Assembly (NCBI GenBank): GCA_017463405.1
Contig: JAFTPJ010000003.1
Coordinates: 1 to 54,102, forward strand
DNA from: Clostridia bacterium
Lineage (GTDB): Bacteria > Bacillota > Clostridia > Oscillospirales > CAG-272
Direction of reading: 5' to 3'
Length of the DNA: 54,102 nt
In this document: in pieces, positions 9,348 through 19,471 of the stretch
How positions within the stretch are numbered: the first letter of the stretch is position 1
How the letters are laid out: the number at the start of each line of letters is the position of its first letter
Notes under the pieces: generated by a model
The model's input: only the letters and a program-made list of their open reading frames with translations
What the model was told of the DNA's origin: nothing
The model's database searches: none
Translations under genes and position numbers: made by a program

Positions 9348-10178
9348 TTACTCCTTTGCATATCCCGTAAGGATCATCACCCACGTCAGAGAAGAAAAAT
9401 CCACCGATGGCTTCACGGTTGCAACCGTATTGCGGCTATATTCATCCATCGAAATATCGATTACCGTTCCAATTTCAAGATCTGCGGGATACATACTTCC
9501 TGTCCCCTTAGATAAAATCTTGTCACCAATCTGAATATCTGCGTTCGCGTCGAGATATCCTAGCTTGCAGACACCCTCGTTCATCAAACTGTAGTCACCG
9601 CTGACCAGTCCGCCGGCTCCCGATCTCTGAATATACACTCCCACAGAAACATTGGATTCAATGATTGTGGAAACCATACACCAGTTGAGTCCGACCTCAC
9701 TGACACGCCCAACAATTCCCTGATCAGTAATCACCGGCATATTGATCTCGATCCCGTGGAGAGAACCCCTATCCAGGGTAAAATTCGTCATGTAATTTCC
9801 GGAGGAATAGCTGATTACCCGTCCCTCCTCCATCGTAAAGGAGGGATATTTATTTTTCATTCCGAGATACGCGCGCAAGCGCTCGTTTTCCTCCTCTAAA
9901 AGAATCGCTTCATCCAGTCGATCTTCCAAGCTCTCGTTTTCCTCTTTCAGTGCATCATTCTGCTCCTGCAGGACATCAATGCTTTGAAAATACATTCCCC
10001 ATCCTTCAAAACCGTCTGCAATTGCCGATACACACCACCGTATGGGAAATGTCACGGTTCCGATGATGTTTTTCACCAAGCTTTGATATCCCATTAATGA
10101 AAGCACCGACGGTACGATCGCAAACACCAAAGCCACACACAGGCATATCAGAAAAAATTTGTTTTGAAAAAGCTTCAT
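9348..10178 (-). CDS. mreC: Rod shape-determining protein MreC
   Basis: 276-aa ORF with an N-terminal TM and a coiled-coil (LQEQNDALKEENESLEDRLDE...ENERLRAYLG). It also has the MreC beta-barrel blocks GIEINMPVITDQGIVGRVSEV and YPADLEIGTV. Confidence 0.85.
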   Translation of the reverse strand: MKLFQNKFFLICLCVALVFAIVPSVLSLMGYQSLVKNIIGTVTFPIRWCVSAIADGFEGWGMYFQSIDVLQEQNDALKEENESLEDRLDEAILLEEENERLRAYLGMKNKYPSFTMEEGRVISYSSGNYMTNFTLDRGSLHGIEINMPVITDQGIVGRVSEVGLNWCMVSTIIESNVSVGVYIQRSGAGGLVSGDYSLMNEGVCKLGYLDANADIQIGDKILSKGTGSMYPADLEIGTVIDISMDEYSRNTVATVKPSVDFSSLTWVMILTGYAKE

Positions 10179-10190
10179 GATTGTAAAAAA

Positions 10191-12179
<1,989 letters not shown>

Positions 12180-12437
12180 TTAATCAAATCTCCCTATTCT
12201 TCCGATCAGCGATGCCGAGGAAAGCTGGGAAAAACAGATTTTATAGACTCCGCCCCGATCCCGATAAAGGACAAAGGATTTCGGAATCTCCTCGGACGCA
12301 AACAGCACATTCTTTCTGCTGTCCGCATCCGACAGATATTTTTTTGTAATTGACGATACCGTCGCGGTATCTGCATCAAATACACCGATAATATTTTTTG
12401 TTCTTATATTTTGGTTATTTCCTACGTGAAGATACAT
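12180..12437 (-). CDS. remB: DUF370 / RemB (YaaB)-family small protein
   Basis: 85-aa ORF between recF and gyrB, as in B. subtilis. MYLHVGNNQNIRTKNIIGVFD...PKSFVL...SQLSSASLIGR resembles YaaB/RemB as I recall it. Confidence 0.75.
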   Translation of the reverse strand: MYLHVGNNQNIRTKNIIGVFDADTATVSSITKKYLSDADSRKNVLFASEEIPKSFVLYRDRGGVYKICFSQLSSASLIGRIGRFD

Positions 12438-12442
12438 TTTTC

Positions 12443-13549
12443 TTAACTAGATTGAAAAGTTCCTTTTTTTACGTGAATCATTTTTCCACCCACAATCCCC
12501 GATGGCTCGCAAGTTGTAATAATTACTTGTCTTCCTTCCATCTTTCCCGAAAGATAGGCACGTCTTGCAGAATCCAGCTCGGAGAATACGTCGTCAAATA
12601 AGAACACCGGCTTCTCACCGCATACCGTAGCGCAAACCTCACCCTCGGCAAGTTTCATCGCAAGAGCCAGAGATCTCTGCTGTCCCTGCGACGCAAACTG
12701 CCGCGCGGATTTTTCGTTCAGCATAATCTCCATATCATCCTTATGGATTCCCCATAAGGTGCTTCCCGCGCCGATCTCACGGTCGTGATGTGCCATTAGA
12801 AGCGTTCTGTACGCTACCTCGGTCCTCTCGATATCTTCATACTCTTCGGGCATCTGCTTTGATGATCCTAAATAAACTGCCGTAGGCTTTTCTCTCTCTC
12901 CCATCATCTCCGCGAAGCATATTTTCATGTGTTTTTCTGCTTCCTTGAGATATCGGTAACGATAACGCGAGATCAAAGCCGCTTCCTTTGCCAATTGAAC
13001 CGACCAGAATTCCACGGTCGAATCAAAGGTTCTGCGATCTTCCTCCGCAGCACGGATCAATTGATTTCTCTGCTTAAGAAGCTGATTGTATTTTTGCAGA
13101 CTTTTCAGATAAACAGGATAAAGCTGGGAAAGCGCAATATCCATATAATTTCTTCTCTCCCCCGGTCCCTCTTTAATCAGAGAAAGATGCTCGGGGCAAA
13201 ACAGAACCGTACGAAACACACCGACGATATCGGAAACGCGTCCAATTTTGACCTTGTTCTGCTCAATGTGCTTCCGTTTTCCCACCATCATTCGCACTGT
13301 AATATTCTGCTGTCTTGCAGAATCGGTAAAATCAAGTGATACCTCACAACTCTCTGCCCCGAATCGGATCATCTCCTCATCATGAGAGGTACGAAAACTT
13401 TTTCCGAGTGCGGCAAAGCTGATCGCCTCCAAAAGATTGGTCTTTCCCTGTGCATTCTCCCCGAAGAGAATATTGACTCCACTCTGAAAATCGATGCAGG
13501 CACTCTCTATATTTCTGAAATCACGGATTCTGATGCGATTGCATTCCAT
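12443..13549 (-). CDS. recF: DNA replication and repair protein RecF
   Basis: 368-aa ORF. It has Walker A GENAQGKTNLLEA, signature SQGQQRSLALAMKLAE and Walker B VFLFDDVFSELD. Confidence 0.95.
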   Translation of the reverse strand: MECNRIRIRDFRNIESACIDFQSGVNILFGENAQGKTNLLEAISFAALGKSFRTSHDEEMIRFGAESCEVSLDFTDSARQQNITVRMMVGKRKHIEQNKVKIGRVSDIVGVFRTVLFCPEHLSLIKEGPGERRNYMDIALSQLYPVYLKSLQKYNQLLKQRNQLIRAAEEDRRTFDSTVEFWSVQLAKEAALISRYRYRYLKEAEKHMKICFAEMMGEREKPTAVYLGSSKQMPEEYEDIERTEVAYRTLLMAHHDREIGAGSTLWGIHKDDMEIMLNEKSARQFASQGQQRSLALAMKLAEGEVCATVCGEKPVFLFDDVFSELDSARRAYLSGKMEGRQVIITTCEPSGIVGGKMIHVKKGTFQSS

Positions 13550-13559
13550 GCTTCAAAAA

Positions 13560-14711
13560 TTACTCTTTCATTCTGACAGGAAGTAGCATGAACAGTTCAC
13601 TTCTTTCCCCGTCTTCTTCCACAGGCTCGATATTGATGCTGGTATGAGCAGAGGTCATGGAGAGCTTCACTACTTCAGCATCAGAGGCACGGAGACTGTC
13701 GAGCAGGAAGCGATTGTTGAAGGCGATTAGAATATTTCCGCCCTCCTGCACCACGTCCAATTCATCATACGTGCTTCCCAGCGTAGAAATTGCGGAAATT
13801 TTGAGAACTCCGTCCTCAAATTCCAGCTTGACATGAGAGCGTACGCTCCCCGCTACTTTTTCCTCGGTTACAAGCGCCGCTCTTTCAAGTGCCGAAATCA
13901 GAGTCTCGCGATTGACGTTTGCAAAAATATGATGGTGATTCAAAAGAATGCGGTCGTAATCAATATACTGTCCTTCTATCAAGCGGGAGAAAAAGATCAG
14001 ATTACCGATATTGAACACAATGTTCTTTCTGGACATATAAATCCGCACGTTTTCTCTTTCATCATCCTTGAGCAGCTTGAACAGCTCGTTGACCGTCTTT
14101 GTGGGAACGATAAAGGAGAAATCGACCTCACTCTGATTTTCGTTTCCGTTTTCAATATCGGTTTTTACGATGCATTTTGCCATTTTGTAGCTATCGCATG
14201 AAACCGCCAGAAGCTCGCTCGCGGAGACTTGGAAATAACAGCCGTTGAGCACGGGTCTCTGATCGTTGGATGCCATTGCGTACATGACCTTTGAGAGCAT
14301 ATTTTTCAAAACAGACTGTCCAATCGTAAAACCGTCCTCGGTTACAAGGCGAGGGATATCCGGATAATCGGATGCGCTCATAGCGTTCATTTTGTGATTG
14401 GATTTTCCGCTGGTAATGCATGCCTGCAGATTGTCGCTGACCGTCAGCGTTACAAAATCACCTTCCATCACCCGCAGGGTCTGGACGAATTTTTGAGCAT
14501 TGATGATCGCAGATCCCGCTTCCTCGACCTGTGCCTCCACACTGATGCGCATTCCTTTTTCCAGATCAAAGGTTGTCATCACGCATACACCATCCTCACT
14601 CGCCTCCATCAAGATTCCCTCAACCGCCGACAGTGTGGATTTTCCGGATACTGCACACATCAGGGGAGCAACTGCTTCACTGACAGATTGTCTGTTAAAA
14701 ATAATTTTCAT
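13560..14711 (-). CDS. dnaN: DNA polymerase III beta sliding clamp
   Basis: The ORF track gives 13560..14774. I prefer ATG 14711 (MKIIFNRQSV...), preceded by GAAAGGAA, which gives 383 aa. The longer form would run into the AT-rich unwinding element. It has a typical three-domain clamp layout and canonical position after dnaA. Confidence 0.93.
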   Translation of the reverse strand: MKIIFNRQSVSEAVAPLMCAVSGKSTLSAVEGILMEASEDGVCVMTTFDLEKGMRISVEAQVEEAGSAIINAQKFVQTLRVMEGDFVTLTVSDNLQACITSGKSNHKMNAMSASDYPDIPRLVTEDGFTIGQSVLKNMLSKVMYAMASNDQRPVLNGCYFQVSASELLAVSCDSYKMAKCIVKTDIENGNENQSEVDFSFIVPTKTVNELFKLLKDDERENVRIYMSRKNIVFNIGNLIFFSRLIEGQYIDYDRILLNHHHIFANVNRETLISALERAALVTEEKVAGSVRSHVKLEFEDGVLKISAISTLGSTYDELDVVQEGGNILIAFNNRFLLDSLRASDAEVVKLSMTSAHTSINIEPVEEDGERSELFMLLPVRMKE

Positions 14712-14774
14712 ATTGATAGTTCCTTTCGGTTTGCATTTGATTTCGCGTGTCTCTCCGCAGCGGCATTTTCGCAT

Positions 14775-15225
14775 ACCGGAAAGACAAATAGATTAGATAA
14801 TAACTTATAGTAGTAGAAGTAAAGGCTGCGGAAACTGTGGAAAACTAAAAATTTCCTTTTGTTGTAAGGTTTTTTTATATTCCAAAAAAACGGAAAAGCC
14901 TGTTTTTTTTAGTCTTGAAACATGTGGAAAAGCGACGCTTGGTGAAAAATAAAAAAGGGAAATGGAATGATTGGAAAAATTCAAGTCCTTTTTTCTACAT
15001 ATTTGTTCTTTTCCACAGGCTTGCGTGGGTGGAAAAGAGGAAAATAAGGCCGAAATATGTTGTTTGTCTATGCTTTTCCACTGTTTCCGATTTTGACTGT
15101 CCCACAGCATTTTTTTCATGCAACAAAAGGATTTATTGATTTTTTTCCATAAGGATATTCGGAATGGACGCCATTCTTTTCCACTGTTTTTCCACAGATG
15201 TTGAAAAAGGTGTGGAAAACTTTTT
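14775..15225. promoter_or_regulatory. oriC: DnaA-box array, GC cluster, DnaA-trios and AT-rich DUE between dnaA and dnaN
   Basis: There are five exact TTTTCCACA/TGTGGAAAA 9-mers (14836-14844, 14923-14931, 15009-15017, 15188-15196, 15211-15219). Four one-mismatch variants lie at 15028-15036, 15074-15082, 15143-15151 and 15177-15185. The region is AT-rich and non-coding, about 450 bp long. Confidence 0.85.
14808..14844 (-). promoter_or_regulatory. DnaA-trio unwinding module next to the DnaA box closest to dnaN
   Basis: The plus strand reads TAG TAG TAG AAG TAA (14808-14822), then the GC cluster GGCTGCGG (14824-14831), AAAC, and box TGTGGAAAA (14836-14844). Read 3' to 5' from the box this is AAT GAA GAT GAT GAT, which is the 3'-GAT-5' trio consensus. 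AT-rich sequence (14781-14807) follows toward dnaN. Confidence 0.6.
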
Positions 15226-16641
15226 TTATTCGCAAACATCCTTTTTTAGATCATTGATATCACTCGAAAAAATGGGATCGCTGAATACCTTGGTCGCCAC
15301 CAGATTATATGAGGAAATAATAGTCGAGTGATCACGTTCAAATATTTTTGCGATATTCGGAAATGACATTTCTGTCATCTCACGGATCAGATAGACTGCG
15401 ATGTGGCGTGCGTTGGCAATCTCCTTATTTCTGCTTTTTCCCGTCACTGCATCTTTCTGGATTCCATACTTGCGAAAAACAGCAGAAAAGATTTTTTCCA
15501 CGGTGACGCTGATCGGCTCTGCTCCGCCGAGCAATTCCGAAATACATTCGTGTGCCAGCTCCATGGTGATTTCTTTACCGGAAAGAAAGCTCAAAGCGCC
15601 GAGTTTTTTGATTGCTCCCTCAATTTGACGGATATTGGAACGCAAATTTTCGCCAAGGAAGGTTAATACCTCATCGGGTACCATCACGTTTACCTGCTCC
15701 GCCTTTTTCTTGATGATCGCAATACGAAGTTCCAGATCCGGTGGCTCGATGTCGGCAAGTAGTCCCCATTCAAATCGGGTGATCAATCGATCCTCCAAGG
15801 GCTTGATTTCCCGCGGAGGGCGGTCGGAGGTCAGAATAATTTGCTTTTTTTCTTCGTGAAGTGCGTTGAACGTATGGAAAAATTCTTCTTGCGTGGAGGT
15901 TTTTCCTGCGATAAACTGGATATCGTCAATCAAAAGCACATCGCACTTCCGGTATTTGTCTCTGAAATCCTCCATCGTTTTGTTGGCAAGGCAGGAGATC
16001 ATCTGATTGGTGAAATCCTCGCCCTTGGTATAAATGATTTTGATGTTCGGATTATTCTGCTTCATGCGGTTAATGGTGGCATACATCAGATGCGTTTTTC
16101 CGAGTCCGCTATTTCCGTAGATGAACAGTGGATTATAATTTTCCGCAGGATGATTTGCAACCGCAACGCAAGCTGCCTGGGCGAATTTATTGGTGCTTCC
16201 CACAATGAAATTTTCGAAGGTGTATTCGAAATTGTAATTGAGAAGTCCTTTGTCGCCGGAAATGTCTTCCTTTTCGGTAGGCTCCTCGTGAGGGGAGGTA
16301 GGAATTCCAACCACGGTATTCTTGACGCTGTCCGCGGATATGGCAGAGCCCGTAAATGTCAGATTCACATGAACCTCAAGCCCTAAAAGACGGCAAAATT
16401 CGTTTTGAATATCGTTGATGTATTTTTTTTGAATGATATCAAATTTGAATTCCGAGGAGGTTCCCATGGTAACGGTAAATTCGGAAGGAGTTGTTTTATC
16501 CTGTGAGGAATCCTCAAAGGAAAGAATCTCCAGATCTCCGAACCACAGATTTGCCGTGGATTCGGAAAGCTTTGTACGGAAGGATTCTTTGACCATATTC
16601 CATACTTCCTTGATTTCCTCGATATAGTTCTGTGAAGGCAT
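15226..16641 (-). CDS. dnaA: Chromosomal replication initiator protein DnaA
   Basis: 471-aa ORF with RBS AAGGAGA. It has AAA+ Walker A GNSGLGKTHL and Walker B DVLLIDDIQF. The domain IV DNA-binding helix is SRNKEIANARHIAVYLIREMT...IAKIFERDHSTI. Confidence 0.97.
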   Translation of the reverse strand: MPSQNYIEEIKEVWNMVKESFRTKLSESTANLWFGDLEILSFEDSSQDKTTPSEFTVTMGTSSEFKFDIIQKKYINDIQNEFCRLLGLEVHVNLTFTGSAISADSVKNTVVGIPTSPHEEPTEKEDISGDKGLLNYNFEYTFENFIVGSTNKFAQAACVAVANHPAENYNPLFIYGNSGLGKTHLMYATINRMKQNNPNIKIIYTKGEDFTNQMISCLANKTMEDFRDKYRKCDVLLIDDIQFIAGKTSTQEEFFHTFNALHEEKKQIILTSDRPPREIKPLEDRLITRFEWGLLADIEPPDLELRIAIIKKKAEQVNVMVPDEVLTFLGENLRSNIRQIEGAIKKLGALSFLSGKEITMELAHECISELLGGAEPISVTVEKIFSAVFRKYGIQKDAVTGKSRNKEIANARHIAVYLIREMTEMSFPNIAKIFERDHSTIISSYNLVATKVFSDPIFSSDINDLKKDVCE

Positions 16642-16681
16642 AAATATTCTCCTTTCGCGAAGACTATTCTAAATTATATAT

Positions 16682-16710
16682 ATTATATCATATTCTAATA
16701 TTATTTACAA
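16682..16710 (-). promoter_or_regulatory. Candidate dnaA promoter
   Basis: The minus strand reads TTGTAA (16710-16705), a 17-nt spacer, then TGaTATAAT (TATAAT = 16687-16682). It lies about 40 nt upstream of the dnaA ATG. Confidence 0.5.
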
Positions 16711-16775
16711 TCTATTTTCACTTTCAAAAGTTAAAAATTTACAAATTATTTAAAAATAGAGTTATTTCAAACATA

Positions 16776-16803
16776 TTGACAAAAACAAAAAAAGAGGTAT
16801 AAT
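16776..16803 (+). promoter_or_regulatory. Candidate copA promoter (divergent from dnaA)
   Basis: TTGACA (16776-16781), 16-nt spacer, TATAAT (16798-16803). RBS AGGAGG is at 16822-16827 and the ATG at 16834. Confidence 0.55.
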
Positions 16804-16833
16804 GAAAAGAGAATGGTTAGCAGGAGGTAACTA

Positions 16834-19383
16834 ATGATGCGATTGAACTATCGGATCAAGGGAATGAGTTGTTCGGCATGTGTGTCACATGTGGAAAAAG
16901 CGATCAGAAGAGTTGTGTGTGAGAACGATACGGTTACGGTTTCTTTACTGACCAATTCCGTGTCGGTAGTGACTGCGGATGACAAGATCAATGAAGAGCT
17001 GCTGAAGGAGCAAATTTCGAAAGCGGTCAGGGCAGCGGGATATGAGCTTGTATATGAACGGGAAAAAGAGGAGTCGAAAAATCGGGAAATCCGAAAAAAA
17101 CTCGTTGATCTGATATTATCTGTTGCTTTCACGCTTGCGGTGATGTATATTTCCATGGGGGGAATGATCGGTTTGCCGATTCCTTCCTTTCTGACGGGAG
17201 CGGAAAATGCTGTTTTTATGGCGCTTACACAGTTGCTGATCACGCTTCCTGTAATGGTCATTAATTTTCGTTTTTTTAAAAATGGTTTCAAAGCTCTATT
17301 TCATCTTTCTCCCAATATGGATTCTTTGATAGCAGTTGGCTCGGGTGCCGCGGTGGTTTACGGTTTGTTTGCCATTGTCATGATGATATTCGATCCTACG
17401 TCCGTACATTCGTGGATGCACGATCTCTATTTTGAATCGGCTGCAATGATCCTGACGCTTGTGTCTCTCGGAAAGCTTTTAGAATCCCGTGCAAAGGAGA
17501 AAGCCTCGGATGCAGTGCGATCCCTTGCCAAGCTGTCTCCGAAATACGTGTCTGTTTTGCGGGAGGGAAAGGAAATATCAATTCCCGCAGAGGAATTGAG
17601 GGTGGGAGATTTGATGCTCATCCGCGCGGGAGAATGGATTCCCGCAGATGGTATTGTTGTGGAAGGAGACGGCAGTACGGACGAATCGGCTCTGACGGGA
17701 GAATCCATGCCTGTGGAAAAGGAGAAGGGATCCTCTGTACGTGCGGCATGTGTACTGTTATCGGGATTTTTGAAGGTGCGCGCTGAAAAGGTAGGAGAGG
17801 ATACCTCTCTTTCTCGAATTATCCGACTGTTAGAGGATGCCGCGGCGTCAAAAGCTCCTATTGCGCGTATTGCGGACAAGGTTAGTTCCGTATTTGTTCC
17901 ATGTGTAATGGGAATTTCTCTTGTCACGCTGATTGTCTGGATGATTTTTTCGGGGAGTTTTGCGCAATCTCTCCGTTCGGCAATCGCCGTGTTAGTCATT
18001 TCCTGTCCTTGCGCACTCGGTCTCGCGACGCCGACGGCAATTACTGTCGGTATCGGGCGGGGTGCCTCACTTGGTATTTTATTCCGTTCTGCTGAGGCGT
18101 TGGAAAAACTTTGCAGTATCAAAACCGTGATTTTTGATAAAACTGGAACGCTTACAGAGGGTAAGCCCGCTATGACCGACGTTTATACCTATGGAGAAGA
18201 ATCTGCCGCACGCGTGATGCGTCTGACAGCATCGGTGGAATCTCTTTCCTCCCATCCTCTTTCTTTGGCTGTTGTCAACGGCGCTGCGGAGATGGAAATC
18301 GGAGATCTTCCGAACGTTACTTCCTTCCGCTCTCTGGTCGGTGTGGGTGCCGAAGGGATGGTAGACGGCGTGCTGTGCCGCATCGGAAAGCCGAACCCAT
18401 CTTTTTTCGGAACGTTTGAAAGCGAAAAAACAGAAAAAGGCGCTCCCGTTTGTGAAAATAACGGGTTCACTGTTGCAGAGCATCGCGATCTATCCGTTAT
18501 CCGATTTGATTTTGAGTGTTTGGAATCGCAGGGAAAAACGGCAGTGCTGGTTACCTTCGATTCCCTTCCAGTCGGCATTATCGGAATTTCCGATCGAATC
18601 CGCGCGGATTCCCACATCGCCGTAGAGGCGCTCAAAAGCGTCGGTGTGACCTGTTTGATGCTGACGGGGGATAATGAGCGCACTGCCGCTTCCGTGGCAA
18701 AACAGGCGGCTCTTGACGGCTATTTTGCCGGTCTTTTTCCGGAAGATAAGGAAAGAAAGGTCAGAGAGCTCTCTGAAGATGCACCCTGCGCGATGGTAGG
18801 AGATGGAATCAACGATGCGCCAGCCCTTGTGCGAGCCGACGTCGGAATTGCCGTAGGTGCGGGAACGGAGATTGCCGTGGACTGTGCGGGAATTGTGCTG
18901 TCTGGTTCCTCTCTTAAGGGTGTCGCAGATGCATATTTTTTGAGTCGCGCGACTATCCGTATTATCAAGCAGAATCTGTTCTGGGCGCTGTTTTATAATG
19001 TAATCTGTATTCCCGTTGCGGCGGGTGTGTTCTTCCCAATCTGGGGGATTCAATTGAGTCCGATGCTTGCATCGGCGGCGATGAGCTTTTCATCGGTTTT
19101 TGTAGTTACGAACGCGCTTCGCTTGCGTTCGATTCGTTTGAGGAAAGGAGAAAAGGAAGAAATGTTTGGAAAGCAAGAGACTGTCACCTACACAATCGGT
19201 GTCGAGGGTATGATGTGTCAGCATTGCGTAGCACATGTCAAAGCCGCTTTGGAGGCTGTCAAGGGTGTCAGAGAGGTTTCAGTTGATCTGAATGCGGGAA
19301 ATGCAACGGTCAGCGTCGAGAGCTCTGTGTCGCAAAAAACACTTGCAGATGCGATCGTCAAGGCAGGATATAAGGTGAAATAA
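16834..19383 (+). CDS. copA: Copper-translocating P1B-type ATPase with both N- and C-terminal HMA domains
   Basis: 849-aa ORF. It has an N-terminal HMA (GMSCSACVSHVEKA), TM CPC motif (SCPCALGLATP), phosphorylation site FDKTGTLT and hinge VGDGINDAPAL. A second HMA follows the last TM (GMMCQHCVAHVKAA, about nt 19156-19380). Confidence 0.92.
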   Translation: MMRLNYRIKGMSCSACVSHVEKAIRRVVCENDTVTVSLLTNSVSVVTADDKINEELLKEQISKAVRAAGYELVYEREKEESKNREIRKKLVDLILSVAFTLAVMYISMGGMIGLPIPSFLTGAENAVFMALTQLLITLPVMVINFRFFKNGFKALFHLSPNMDSLIAVGSGAAVVYGLFAIVMMIFDPTSVHSWMHDLYFESAAMILTLVSLGKLLESRAKEKASDAVRSLAKLSPKYVSVLREGKEISIPAEELRVGDLMLIRAGEWIPADGIVVEGDGSTDESALTGESMPVEKEKGSSVRAACVLLSGFLKVRAEKVGEDTSLSRIIRLLEDAAASKAPIARIADKVSSVFVPCVMGISLVTLIVWMIFSGSFAQSLRSAIAVLVISCPCALGLATPTAITVGIGRGASLGILFRSAEALEKLCSIKTVIFDKTGTLTEGKPAMTDVYTYGEESAARVMRLTASVESLSSHPLSLAVVNGAAEMEIGDLPNVTSFRSLVGVGAEGMVDGVLCRIGKPNPSFFGTFESEKTEKGAPVCENNGFTVAEHRDLSVIRFDFECLESQGKTAVLVTFDSLPVGIIGISDRIRADSHIAVEALKSVGVTCLMLTGDNERTAASVAKQAALDGYFAGLFPEDKERKVRELSEDAPCAMVGDGINDAPALVRADVGIAVGAGTEIAVDCAGIVLSGSSLKGVADAYFLSRATIRIIKQNLFWALFYNVICIPVAAGVFFPIWGIQLSPMLASAAMSFSSVFVVTNALRLRSIRLRKGEKEEMFGKQETVTYTIGVEGMMCQHCVAHVKAALEAVKGVREVSVDLNAGNATVSVESSVSQKTLADAIVKAGYKVK

Positions 19384-19388
19384 AAAGA

Positions 19389-19428
19389 GAGGATGTCTCA
19401 ATTTTAAAGTTTGAGACATCCTCATTTT
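19389..19428. terminator. Bidirectional rho-independent terminator (copA / ABC operon)
   Basis: GAGGATGTCTCA (19389-19400) pairs with TGAGACATCCTC (19412-19423). ATTTTA follows on the plus strand and TCTTTTTA on the minus strand. A second, imperfect hairpin (19429-19473) overlaps the stop of the ABC permease gene. Confidence 0.6.
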
Positions 19429-19471
19429 AAAGGCAACACCACACAAACCCGATGGTGCGGTATTGTTGCCT

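Noticed and set aside
14805-15239. A 144-aa minus-strand ORF filling the dnaA-dnaN spacer.
   Set aside because: It overlaps the DnaA-box array and the DnaA-trios. Its translation is dominated by Phe/Lys/Trp derived from the TTTTCCACA repeats, and it has no RBS. The region is oriC.
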